Assembly: GCA_009103225.1 (NCBI GenBank)
Contig: RHPI01001052.1
Location: 1 to 64,000 of the forward strand
Direction: 5' to 3'
From: Chlorokybus atmophyticus
Taxonomy: Eukaryota; Plantae; Mesostigma and Chlorokybus algae
Length of the DNA: 64,000 nucleotides
Below the pieces are notes generated by a model. That model had not been told where the DNA came from and did not search any database. It was given only the letters and a program-made list of their open reading frames with translations. Positions 1 to 11,085 of the stretch are shown here, one piece after another. The stretch's first letter is position 1. Each line of letters begins with the position of its first letter. The position numbers and the translations under genes are program-made.

Positions 1-140
1 AATATTTCAGGCAGGCTCAGGCAGGCTCAGGCACCAGTCAGTCCCTCAGTCCTTAGTCAGTCACCGTGTAAAATTTGCGACGGAGTCAGCCAACCCTACC
101 AAAGCCAAATGACACCGCAATCGCAACCGCAACCGCAACC

Positions 141-498
141 GCAAAGAGAGGGTATATGAACGGCCTCAACATGTGTTGAGGCAGCTCAGCATGTGCATAC
201 TCGACTCTTGTGTGTGGGGTGCCTAGTTTAGTTGTTCAAGGGGCTCTCCCTCTCATCCCATGTGGGGTGTGATGTCCGTGGCAGCTTTGCACATGTGTGT
301 GAGGTGTGCTTGAGTGTGTGAGTGTGTGGGAGCTGAGTAGAGAGGTTGGTGTCATCCTCTCCTTCCTTGGTGCGGTGCTGTGACTTCCTCTGCAAGGTAC
401 TGCACCAGTGACGCTGGTAGGGCTTCCAGTAGTAAGTCCTTGTGCTTGTGCATAAGTTTGCCAAGCCGCCCAGCAAGTAAGTGAGTGGTATCGTTACA
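141..498 (+). repeat. 5' LTR of element B (right part only; similarity stops at 141)
   Basis: Direct repeat of 12640-12996, followed by a PBS-like sequence. Confidence 0.9.
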
Positions 499-1663
499 TT
501 GGACTCGGAGCTTGCATTCCAAGCCTTGCATGCTTGCCCATCAGCTCGTGCACTTGCTGCACCGTGCGTGCGTTGCATTCTTTGCTTGCACGCACTACAT
601 TGCAGGTTTTTGAGCTGATTGTGCATGCTAGTTGGTGCGTCCAGCTGCGTGCACACTTGCATGCACGGTGTGGGTCATTCTACACGCTGATTTGAGCATT
701 AGTTGTGTGTTCTTGCTGCACATACACAGCATTACACACGCATTGGCATGTTGCTGCACCAGCTGCACCTGTGCGCGTGTGTGCGCGCGTGTGCGCGTGA
801 GTGCATCTGTTACAGGGACCTCACCTTGTGGTGTTGGCCCTAACTTTTGTGGCAATGGCTGAGCAAGAGCATATAGCAAGAAAGGAGGTATCTTGGGGCA
901 ATGATGTTGCTAAGATCACCCGACAGCTTACCACTTTGGTTGCCACGTTGTGTGAGCAAGTAACAGAGTTACAGCAACAACACGAGGCCAACATAGCTCA
1001 ATGGCAATGGTCAAGTGACATCGTTGACTGTGCAATCCCAAGTGAAGAGAGGGCTGTTCGCCATGGAGCTCAACCTCTTCTAGTGCTCGTCCGGCCAGTT
1101 GGCAACGACGACACTTCCACCTCTGTTGGTGAGACCGGTGGCAAGCCACCAGACACGGCCCTTGAAGGTCTGTTGTCTGAATTTTCTGATGCGTTTCAAG
1201 CTGAACTGCCTGCATTGCCACCTGAGAGGGACGTTGTAACAAACCACTAGGCCACAAAAGCCGAAGTGTGTTTTGTGGCCATTGTGGCGTTATTATTTAG
1301 TCGTCCGTGACATTCCCCCCCACTTAGGTATCTAATGTCCTCATCACATGTGAGTTTTTACAGAGCTTCTCGTCACTTAGCAGTGGAAGCGATTTTGCAA
1401 TCATCACTGAGCAGTCGCAGCGCGCATTGCGCGTATGGGACCGACTGTCAGTCGCCGTCAGGCAAGTCGCGCGGCTAACCCTACCCAGCGGCGGCGCCAG
1501 GTACGCGCGACGCGTCGGAATATTCGACTGCCGTCCGGCAAGTCGCGCATTGACGCGCGACCCATCATGGATCGATAACAACAACCTCAAAATCCTTCTT
1601 GATCTACCGCCGCCAGGCGGTTTCGACCTCAGGACCTTTTTGGTCTCAAGCTCCGATGACCAA

Positions 1664-2004
1664 TATAAGGAGAGGGGGTGCTCCCTCCTCCCTTTAATCC
1701 CCTACCCCAACACCACCACCAGCCACGTCGCCCACGCCGCCGCCGCCGCCAGGGGCAACTGCCAAAGCTGGAGATCCCCTGGCTATGGCGGCCGCTGCGT
1801 TAGCAGCGCCGCCATGCGGCTGATATCCACATGAGACTCATGTCTCATGTCGATATCAGTGTTACAGATAAGTAACACTACATTAGGGCCTTAACATAGG
1901 TTAACGGCCCTAATATGGCTTAATAGGCTGTATAATGCCGTTGGGACCCTTATTTGAACTTAAATAAGGGCGGGGAACCTCTATGGAGGTAGCACACCGT
2001 TACA
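1664..2004 (-). repeat. A-family LTR embedded in element E
   Basis: Reverse complement resembles 4688-5019 and 20346-20839 (TGTAACGGTGTGCTACCTCC start). Flanked by PPT and PBS. Confidence 0.9.
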
Positions 2005-2017
2005 TTCCCCCCCACTT

Positions 2018-2553
2018 AGGTTTCAATGTCCTCATTGAAGGGTTAGCAAAGCCCCACCACGAGTAAAGGGACGAAAGTAGTAAGAGAATCAGGGCCGAAG
2101 CGGTAAAGATGTCTGCCAGCACCCTTTTACCGTCCGCGTGTGGACACAGTACTCCAGTACCCCCGAAGAATCTCCTGGCAGTTGGTAAGATTCTTTTCGA
2201 GCTCCCATGTATTGTGCTCAACACCATACCCTTTTCATTTCACCAAGTAAGACGGCGCGCGTCCGCGTCGAGGCTTACGATGACTCAGGATTGCTTCCAC
2301 CTCATACTCGAAAGTATCGTCGCCATCCACTGCAACGGGGGGTGGAGGAGGTTGAACCCGACCGTTAGCACGGTACGGTTTCAGTACACCGACATGAAAC
2401 ACATGTGAATGCGTATCGATTTTGGCAAGTCCAAACGATACACGTGCCGAGTGCCGACCCGATCAATCACTTGAAACGGGCCTACCCAGCGAGGGAAAAA
2501 CTTGCGGGTACTACCCGGTAGTACCCACTCCTTTGATGGATATGTTTTTGGTC
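2018..2553 (-). pseudogene. A-family integrase C-terminus/chromodomain and 3' UTR fragment
   Basis: KFFPRWVGPFQVIDRVGT and chromodomain-coding sequence, closely similar to 10675-11207 of A1. Confidence 0.85.
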
Positions 2554-4687
2554 CACACTTCGTGTTTTGTGGCCATTGTGGCATTATTATTTAGTCGTCC
2601 GTGACAGACGTCTGGCATACGATCCCTCTAGAGTCTGATGCGCAGCCTCCATTTAGACCTGTGTATAGGCTGAGTCCAGCTGAGTATGCGGACATGGAGG
2701 GGCAGATCAAGGCCTTGCTTAAGAAGGGATTGATTGAGCCAAGTAGCTCTCCTTTCGAAGCACCCATTCTTTTCGTACCTAAGAAGGACGGCAGGCTACG
2801 CATGTGCGTAGACTATAGGGCCTTGAACAAGCTGACCATCAAGAACAAGTATCCGCAGCCAAGGATAGATGATTTGCTTGATCAACTGAGCGGTGCCTCA
2901 GTGTTCAGCTCCTTGGATCTCATCAATGGGTACCATCAGATCCGGATTACACCGGAAGATGTGCCCAAGGCAGCGTTCAGAACGCATGTGGGACACTTTC
3001 AGTACAAAGTGCTGCCTTTTGGTCTGACAAATGCGCCAGCCACCTTTCAAGCTATGATGAACCGTGTATTTCACAAGCTGATAGGGAAGACAGTGCTTGT
3101 ATGTCTTGATGATATACTTGTGTTCAGCAAGGATGGTGACTTGCACGTCGCGCAAGTACGCGAGGTGTTGGAAACGCTGCGTGCGCACCGTTTCTATGCT
3201 TACATGCCCAAGTGCGAGTTTGGCAAGAAGGAACTAGAGTTCCTCGGGCACATTGTGAGCAAGGAGGGCGTGCGCCCTGACTCAAGGAAGGTTGCCAAGG
3301 TTAAGGATTGCCTAGTCCCAAGAATGTGCACGAGCTGCGCGCATTCTTAGGCTTGAGCAACTACTTCCGCGAGTACATTTTGGGTTACTCATCGCGTGTT
3401 ACCCCTCTCACTAATCTGTTGCGTGACAAGGTCGTGTGGAGGTGGTCACAGAGGCAGCAAGATGCCTTTGCGTCCAACAAAGAGGCTTTGGTGACAGCGC
3501 CTGTGTTGCAGCTGCCGGACTTCTCCAAGCCCTTTGACGTAAACTGTGATGCATCTGTTGAAGGCACTCGTGCTGTGTTGCTCCAGAGTGGGCACCCCCT
3601 TGCTTATGCTAGCAAGAAGTTCTCTCCTGCTGAGAGGAACTATACAACAACTGAGCAAGAGTTGTTGGGGGTAGTCCATGCGCTACAAGAGTGGCGTTGT
3701 TATTTAGAGGGGGTGGAAGGCGGGTTTAGTGTGATCACGGACCACAACCCCCTTGTTTTCTTTTAGACCCAACCAACCTTATCGAGAAGACAAGCAAGGT
3801 GGGCTGAGTACTTGTCTAAATTCAACTTGACTTGGGTTTACAGACCAGGGAGAGTGAATGTGGCAGACCCTTTGAGCCGTTCGCCATTGCTGTTGGCAGT
3901 GACAACACGTGCACGTGCACGAAGCCAAGGGTGGGCACAAGCAAGTGATGCTAGTGCCAGTACTTTCGAGTTGCCATCTGTGCATGAGCAAGTTGTCAAT
4001 GAGACACCAGTGGCAACAGAGGCCAGCGAGATGCCAACTGAGCTCGGGAGAGCAGACAGTGAAGCACCATTGGTAGTGCACGAGCCAAGTGGGGAGGACC
4101 CAATGGCCGTTGATGTGGAAGACATCATATAGCGTTTGCCTAGTGCTTATGCACTTGACTCATGGTTTGTTGAGTTGCTGAAGCAGGCAGACGACAAGAT
4201 CACTTGTCACAAGGGCCTCTGATACCGTGAGGGCAAGTTGATAGTGCCAAATGCACTCGGCTTGAGGCAAGAGTGTCTGTTTTAGGCACACAATTCCGTG
4301 TACAGTGGGCACATGGGAATGGCAAAGACCATCAAGCAGCTGCAGAGACAGTATTGGTGGCCGAGCTTGGGTGCTGATGCATCTAAATATGTCGCGTGTT
4401 GTGACATTTGTTAAAGAGACAAGGCCTCGCACAGGAAGCCAGCAGGGTAGCTGAAGCCCTTGGCTATTCCCAATCATCAATGGGAGAGTGTGAGCATGGA
4501 TCTGATCACAGATCTACCTGTGACAAAGAAGGGACACAGTGCTGTCATTGTCTTTGCTGATCGCTTGACCAAGATGGTCAGATTGAGCCCTGTCGCACAG
4601 ACATTGATGCGCAAGAGTTTGCGTTTGTCTTTGTAAACTCGGTGTTCAGATCACACGGTGTACCCAAAGAGTTGGTGTCTGACCGTG

Positions 4688-5019
4688 TGTAACGGTGTGC
4701 TACCTCCATAGAGGTTCCCCGCCCTTATTTAGGATTAAATAAGGGTCCCAACGGGATTATACAGCCTATTAAGCCTTATTAGGGCCGTTAACCTAGTGTT
4801 AAGGCCCTAATGTAGTGTTACTTAACTATAACACTGATATCGACATGAGACTCATGTGGATATCAGCTGCATGGCGGCGCTGCTAACGCAGCGGCCGCCA
4901 TAGCCAGAGCATCTTTTGCTCTGGCAACTGCCCCGGCAGTGGCGGCGGCGGCGGCGAGGCTGGTGGTGGTGTTGGGGTAGGGGATTAAAGGGAGGAGGGG
5001 CACACCCTCTCTCCTGACA
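4688..5019 (+). repeat. 5' LTR of A1
   Basis: Direct repeat of 11208-11546, followed by the PBS. Confidence 0.97.
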
Positions 5020-5020
5020 T

Positions 5021-5032
5021 TGGTATCGGAGC
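5021..5032 (+). promoter_or_regulatory. Primer-binding site (tRNA-iMet type, TGGTATCGGAGC)
   Basis: 1 nt after the LTR. One base differs from the canonical TGGTATCAGAGC. Confidence 0.9.
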
Positions 5033-5847
5033 ACGGGCGGCAAGGGGCCTGTGGGAGGGGCGGCGGCAGGCGGCAGGCACTGCAGGGGCGGCGGCAGGCA
5101 CTGCGTCGGCAGGCGGCACTGCGGCGGCAAACTAGCGGTAGTTAAAAGTTTTGTTTGGTTTAACTGTTGTAGTTAAACGCTGCTGCTGGTGCCTAGCCTA
5201 GCCTAGCCTAGCCTATGCATGCCATGCCATGCCATGCCTAACTTGTCCTAGTTTAGTTGTTATTGTGTGAAGGGGGGCGGCCATCCAGGCCCCTCCCTGA
5301 AGCATTGCATCCAAGCACATAACATAGTAATCATATATTGTTTACTATAATCTTTGTGTGCTAACCACCACGTGGATTCGTGGTGGTGAAGGGCTTTTTA
5401 TCTATTTTTTTGGATAAATTCCCTTGGGGGCAGTTCGGTGGCAACATCGACTGTCTCGGTACCGCCAGTCAGTGCGGTGAGGCCGCCAGAATTTTTCTGT
5501 GCGGTCGATATCAAACTCACAACTCACAACTTGTCGATATCGGCCTGTAGGGCTGATTCAACGAGATTTTGGCACTTTGGGTGTCAATTGTGATTGTAAG
5601 TTGAGCTGGGTTGTACAAAGTGAAAACTTTGAGCAGCCATAGCTCGTGAGCCGTCGCGTGCATTCGCGTGCGGTTTGTTGCACAGTGATTGTCTAGTTGA
5701 GAGGTGTGTGGAGAGCTCTTGTTTGGGCTGAATACTCCACGTTTACCCCTCCAAACTTGACAGGACAAAATCACTAGTATTCGACGTTTTCATAGTGCAC
5801 AACTTTCCGTGTTTGTGCACTATTTGAACAGTGTTATCCTTGGGCAG

Positions 5848-7314
5848 ATGTCTGACCAAGGAGAGGGAGGTGAAAAGTACTTCACCGTCCCTGATTCATC
5901 ATCCTCATATGAGCCATCCAGTGATGACAAAGTGAGGGACTCGGACACGAGTGAGAGCTATAAGCTCACTGACAGTGACAAGGAAGAAGAGGCTAAGCAA
6001 GATAGCGAAGCTTCCCCCGACCTGTCTACCCACAGTGAGCCAGCTGTAATGGACACACCGAGTGTCATTGGCGGAGCCATTGAAAAGTATGCGCGCGAGC
6101 GCAAGACTTTACTTGACGCCCACCCGCAGCTTCGTCAAGAAGTGTGGGATGCATGGGCGCAGAAGGTTCGTAATGGCTATGAAACAGATTTTGCCACTCT
6201 CCCTCGCACTAGTAAGGAGATGGTGATCCGCATGATTGAGCACGAGTTGACGAACAATGTTCCGCCACTCGTGCGTGGTGATCCAAAAGTGGCTGCTCTG
6301 ATGGCCGTCTACGATAGGCCGCTCCCATACGAAGGGAAGCGGATGGCGTTTGAGGCCTTAGCCAACTTGATGGTTGAAACGCAGCAGCGTTGCAAGGATG
6401 TGTTCTGGTACTTGGGACCTAACTTGGAAAATAAGTTGGCTGGCCGAGTGAAGTTGGAGGCACGCCTCGATGCGATGCAATCTGAGTTGATGGCGCTGCG
6501 TCAGCAAGTAGCGGGTGCTGCTTCATCAGTTGGCGCATCAGTGGGGCTGCCGGTTACGGCATTGAACAAACCTGAAAAGTTCAAGCCTAACGGTAGTGTA
6601 AGTATCCATGATTGGGTGGTGACTGTCGAACATTACCTGACAGCGCTAAAGCGCCCGGTGGGTGAGCACGTTGCCGTTGCTGAGTTGCTTATGCCATCTG
6701 ATGCTCTCGCCGAGTGGGCACGACAAACAGAGCATGGCGCTGTGAAGACAGTACCAGCACTGTTTCAGTTTCTGATGGAGCGCTATGGTGGCATGGATCC
6801 GGCTACTCAGGCTCGTAACAAACTTAGCAAGTTGCGACAGAATGGTCGAGCAGCATCAGTGTATCTGCAGGAGTTCCAAGCATTAGTTGGTCGTGCCAAT
6901 AGCGGCCTGATGCCTATGGACAAAGCTGAGCAGTTCGAGTTGTACAAGCGTGGCTTGGATGCGCGTGTTCGCGATCAGCTGCAGTACAACACTGCAACGG
7001 GGCTTCCTTGGGTTCCTGATGACTTGGCCAAGCTGCAAAAGCTAAGTGTTTACCTGTACAATGATGACACGGTCGTGCAGGAAAAGTCGAACGTGACAGC
7101 TATGGCCAAGCCGCAAGGGGGGGAAATAAAGCGCTATCCTCCGCCGAGTGTACATGTGGCGAAGAAAGCGAAGACATTCGCTCCTCGAATTGGTGGTACG
7201 TCTGCTGGTAATGCACCTACTGCAGCTCGCACCTGTTTCATCTGCCATCAGCCGGGTCACGTTGCAAAGGCCTGTCCTACGAAGGCGAAGGGCAAAGCCA
7301 AGAAGGTTGAATAG
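5848..7314 (+). CDS. gag: Gag of A1
   Basis: Open frame from ATG 5848. Retrotransposon gag-like region (ARNKLSKLRQNGR...YLQEFQAL) and CCHC knuckle CFICHQPGHVAKAC. Ends in TAG. Confidence 0.93.
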   Translation: MSDQGEGGEKYFTVPDSSSSYEPSSDDKVRDSDTSESYKLTDSDKEEEAKQDSEASPDLSTHSEPAVMDTPSVIGGAIEKYARERKTLLDAHPQLRQEVWDAWAQKVRNGYETDFATLPRTSKEMVIRMIEHELTNNVPPLVRGDPKVAALMAVYDRPLPYEGKRMAFEALANLMVETQQRCKDVFWYLGPNLENKLAGRVKLEARLDAMQSELMALRQQVAGAASSVGASVGLPVTALNKPEKFKPNGSVSIHDWVVTVEHYLTALKRPVGEHVAVAELLMPSDALAEWARQTEHGAVKTVPALFQFLMERYGGMDPATQARNKLSKLRQNGRAASVYLQEFQALVGRANSGLMPMDKAEQFELYKRGLDARVRDQLQYNTATGLPWVPDDLAKLQKLSVYLYNDDTVVQEKSNVTAMAKPQGGEIKRYPPPSVHVAKKAKTFAPRIGGTSAGNAPTAARTCFICHQPGHVAKACPTKAKGKAKKVE

Positions 7315-10300
7315 GATTACGCTGTGGCTGATGTAGCAAAGGTTGATAGTCAGTTGCTTGAGATACAAGCAGTTAACTGGTTTGATAATCTGTCTCAAAT
7401 GCATGTAATGACGCATGCATGGCAAACACATCACAAGTTACCACTGTTTGATGTTGCAACAGTGGAAGCAAATACTTGTGTACTGGTACATGTGAAATTT
7501 AACATGCTTACCGACGTGTTGCACACATTGAGTGAATTGCAATGTAAACACAGATCCCTGAGTGTGGTAGCAATGGTGCCAAAATATCATGGCCCATGGT
7601 TGAAGTATACTCGAGGGGGTACTGTTTTAAAACAATTCACCAAGCGCGAGACTGGGACAATTCGATTATCAGCAATATTAATCAACCCCCGCATTAGTCA
7701 CGGATTCTTGGCTACCTTTCAAGGACGAGTGGTACCTTTGTTGTGGACATTCAGTGGCACAATGCAAGGTGTGAATAGCTCGTTTTTGATTGACACTGGT
7801 GCGACACACAACTTCGTGGACGAGCAATGGGTTGCGCGCAATAAAATCATGCGCAAACCCTCAGCATTTTCGGCTGCCGGTGCTGGGGGTACATTGCCAG
7901 TGACGGGAGAAGTAAAATTGAAGGTTAAAATTGGTAATTATTATGCCAATCTTGCCTTTATAGTAGTAGCAATCAACATATCTGGTGTTGATGTGGTACT
8001 AGGCCAAGAATGGCAAAATAATGTCACAATGACATTGGATACGGGTGCACGCTTGTGCACAGTAAAGAAAGGCGGTAAGCGGATTACATTGTCTGTGAAA
8101 GGGTCGCATAGCTTGGAATTCAAGCAACCCGACCCTGCGTTACTCACGGCACTACAGGTGAAACGTGCGTTGCGCAAAAACACACCGGCTTTTCTGGTAC
8201 ATTTGTCTTCATCAGATGACATTGCGCCGGGTAGTACTGAAGGTGTGGCAGACCTCATTGAGGAATATCAAGATGTGTTCTCAGATGAGTTGCCGGGCTT
8301 GCCTCCTGACCGAGGTGTCGGACACACTATACCATTAATTCCTGATAGTGATCCTCCTTTTCGGCCAATATATAGGCTAAGCCCTAGAGAAAGGGGGGAA
8401 ATGGAAACACAAATCAAGGAGTTATTGGAAAAAGGATTGATTGAACCAAGTTCTTCACCCTTTGGCGCACCCATCCTATTTGTGATGAAAAAGAATGGAA
8501 AATTGCGCATGTGTGTGGACTATCGTGCTTTAAACAAAATCACGGTGAAAAATCGATACCCGTTGCCACGGATTGATGACGTGTTTGATAAACTATCAGG
8601 TAATGCATACTTCAGTACATTAGACCTGACAAGTGGATATCATCAGATCCGAATTCATTCCGCTGATGTCTATAAGACAGCTTTCAGAACACCTTCGGGC
8701 CATTATCAATACAAAGTGCTACCCTTTGGATTGACGAATGCGCCTGCTGTGTTTCAGAAGGAAATGAATAAAATTTTCGGTAATATACTTGGCAAGTATG
8801 TTATGGTTTACTTGGATGACATTATTGTCTTTAGTAAAACCAAAGAGGAACATAAGCAACACTTAGAAGCGGTGTTTACTTTGTTGCGGAAGCATCATTT
8901 ATTTGCCAGCCTTGCAAAATGTGACTTTTGCAAATCGGAGTTACCATTCTTGGGACATGTTGTGAGTGGTGCGGGTGTAAAGCCTGACCCTCGCAAGGTG
9001 CAAGTTGTCAAGAATTGGCCTCAACCCAAAAATATTCATCAACTGAGATCATTTTTGGGATTGGCAAATTATTTTCGCAAATTTATGATGGGTTATTCTA
9101 CAGTTGTAATGCCCTTGACTAAATTGTTGCGAAAGGACGCGCCATTTTCTTGGACGTCAGACCAAGAAGCTGCTATGCAACAAGTGAAGTTAGCATTAAC
9201 TTCAGCTCCAGTATTGGCATTGCCAAATTGGGATAAACATTTCACTGTGGTCAGTGATGCTTCCACCCTTGGGTGTGGTGCAGTACTACTGCAAGACGGC
9301 AGACCATGTGCTTATGAAAGTAGGAAGTTTATCCCAGCGGAGGTAAACTACACTACTACTGAGCAAGAGTTGCTTGGTGTCGTACATGCTCTCGAAACTT
9401 GGCGATGTTACTTAGAGGGAGTTCAGTTCACAGTGGTGACTGATCACAACCCATTAGTATACTTCTCAACGCAGCTGACCTTGTCACGTAGGCAAGCTCG
9501 CTGGAATGAGTTTCTGTCGCGATTTACTTTTGAATGGGTATATCGGCCTGGCAGAACTAATGTGGCAGATCCTTTAAGTCGCTGTCCGTCATTATTGGCA
9601 GTTATGCGTGCGCAATTGCTTGCGACGCAAGTTACATTGCCCGCTAATGATGCATTTGTGCAATCTGTTTTGCATGGGTATTCCTTAGACCCATGGTTCT
9701 CACGGCAAGAGAATATACAACAGCTTGAAGCACGAGACAACTTGTATTATATGGGTGCTAGCTTGGTGATACCTGACCATGCTGGGCTACGCATGCAATG
9801 CATAGCTGATGTACACGACCCACCGTACGCTGGGCACTTTGGAAATCGCAAGACTACCAAGGCAGCGCAACAGCTGTACTGGTGGCCATCGTTGCCTGTT
9901 GACGTAAAGCGTTATGTTGACACCTGTGACAAATGTCAGCGTGACAAGCCGTTACGTCAGAAACCCGCTGGGTTGCTGCGACCTTTGCCTGTTCCTGATG
10001 GCAAATGGGAAAGTGTGAGTATGGACTTAATTACTGAGCTCCCAGAGACAGCATTAGGTCACACTGCGGTTGCAGTTTTCGTGGATCGTTTAACAAAAAT
10101 GGTCCACATTGTCCCTTGTCGCACGGAGATAGGCTCCCGTGAGTTGGCGATGGTTTTTGTCGCGTCTGTGTTCAAGTTGCATGGCTTGCCCCGCAACTTC
10201 GTGTCAGATCGCGATCCGCGATTTGTGGCTCAGTTTTGGAAGTCGCTATGCAGCTTCTTACACATTCAGCAGAACATGAGCACTGCTTACCATCCACAGA

Positions 10301-11085
10301 CGGATGGTCAAACAGAACGCGCCAATCAAGTGATTGAGGAAACCATCCGGCATTATGTGAGCCCGAATCAGAGTGATTGGGATATTTATCTCCCAATGGC
10401 TGAATTTGCGATCAATAATGCATGGCAAGAGAGTGTGCAGGAGACTCCGTTCTTCTTGAATTACGGAGTGCATCCACTAAGTCCTGCGAACATTAAGTTG
10501 CCCGCTACTGACGTGACTCGTGTACCTGCAGCGCGCGAGATGGCTTCGGCCATGCAGGATAGGTTAGCGTTGGCAAAGCACTGTCTGCGCGCAGCGCAAG
10601 ATAGACAAAAAGCCCATGCTGATGCGCATCGTAGGGAGGCCAGCTACGATGTGGGCTGTTCAGTACTTTTGAGTACCAAAAATATATCCATCAAGGGAGT
10701 GGGTACCCGTAAATTTTTCCCTCGTTGGATAGGCCCTTTCAAAGTGATTGATCGGGTCGGCACTCACGCGTATCGTTTGGATTTACCAATGTCGATACGA
10801 ATTCACAATGTGTTTCATGTGAGTGTACTGAAACCGTACCGATCAGACGGTCGGGTTCAACCTCCTCCACCCCCAGTCGCAGTGGATGGTGACAATACAT
10901 TTGAGTATGAGGTGGAAGCAATCCTAAGTCACCGTAAGCCTCGACGCGGACGCGCGCCGTCCTACTTGGTGAAATGGAAAGGGTATGGTGTTGAACACAA
11001 TACATGGGAGCCCGAAAGGAATCTTACCAACTGCCAAGAGGTTCTTCGGGGGTACTGGAGTACTGTGTCCACACGCGAACGGTAA
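7315..11085 (+). CDS. pol: Pol of A1 (extra N-terminal domain, PR, RT, RH, IN, chromodomain), in frame with gag after one TAG
   Basis: LIDTGA protease, YLDDI RT, DAS..G.GAVL RNase H, H..PYAGH/C..C zinc finger, DDE integrase, YLVKWKGY...NTWEP chromodomain. Confidence 0.97.
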   Translation, partial: DYAVADVAKVDSQLLEIQAVNWFDNLSQMHVMTHAWQTHHKLPLFDVATVEANTCVLVHVKFNMLTDVLHTLSELQCKHRSLSVVAMVPKYHGPWLKYTRGGTVLKQFTKRETGTIRLSAILINPRISHGFLATFQGRVVPLLWTFSGTMQGVNSSFLIDTGATHNFVDEQWVARNKIMRKPSAFSAAGAGGTLPVTGEVKLKVKIGNYYANLAFIVVAINISGVDVVLGQEWQNNVTMTLDTGARLCTVKKGGKRITLSVKGSHSLEFKQPDPALLTALQVKRALRKNTPAFLVHLSSSDDIAPGSTEGVADLIEEYQDVFSDELPGLPPDRGVGHTIPLIPDSDPPFRPIYRLSPRERGEMETQIKELLEKGLIEPSSSPFGAPILFVMKKNGKLRMCVDYRALNKITVKNRYPLPRIDDVFDKLSGNAYFSTLDLTSGYHQIRIHSADVYKTAFRTPSGHYQYKVLPFGLTNAPAVFQKEMNKIFGNILGKYVMVYLDDIIVFSKTKEEHKQHLEAVFTLLRKHHLFASLAKCDFCKSELPFLGHVVSGAGVKPDPRKVQVVKNWPQPKNIHQLRSFLGLANYFRKFMMGYSTVVMPLTKLLRKDAPFSWTSDQEAAMQQVKLALTSAPVLALPNWDKHFTVVSDASTLGCGAVLLQDGRPCAYESRKFIPAEVNYTTTEQELLGVVHALETWRCYLEGVQFTVVTDHNPLVYFSTQLTLSRRQARWNEFLSRFTFEWVYRPGRTNVADPLSRCPSLLAVMRAQLLATQVTLPANDAFVQSVLHGYSLDPWFSRQENIQQLEARDNLYYMGASLVIPDHAGLRMQCIADVHDPPYAGHFGNRKTTKAAQQLYWWPSLPVDVKRYVDTCDKCQRDKPLRQKPAGLLRPLPVPDGKWESVSMDLITELPETALGHTAVAVFVDRLTKMVHIVPCRTEIGSRELAMVFVASVFKLHGLPRNFVSDRDPRFVAQFWKSLCSFLHIQQNMSTAYHPQTDGQTERANQVIEETIRHYVSPNQSDWDIYLPMAEFAINNAWQESVQETPFFLNYGVHPLSPANIKLPATDVTRVPAAREMASAMQDRLALAKHCLRAAQDRQKAHADAHRREASYDVGCSVLLSTKNISIKGVGTRKFFPRWIGPFKVIDRVGTHAYRLDLPMSIRIHNVFHVSVLKPYRSDGRVQPPPPPVAVDGDNTFEYEVEAILSHRKPRRGRAPSYLVKWKGYGVEHNTWEPERNLTNCQEVLRGYWSTVSTRER

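Larger units (their letters stand above)
1235..2606 (-). mobile_element. Chimeric non-autonomous mini LTR element 'E' (TRIM-like, carrying an A-family LTR and pol 3' fragment)
   Basis: TSD GACGT (1230-1234, 2607-2611). 78-bp LTR at 1235-1312 with a truncated copy at about 2554-2606. PPT complements at 1313-1325 and 2005-2017, PBS complement at 1650-1662. Confidence 0.85.
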
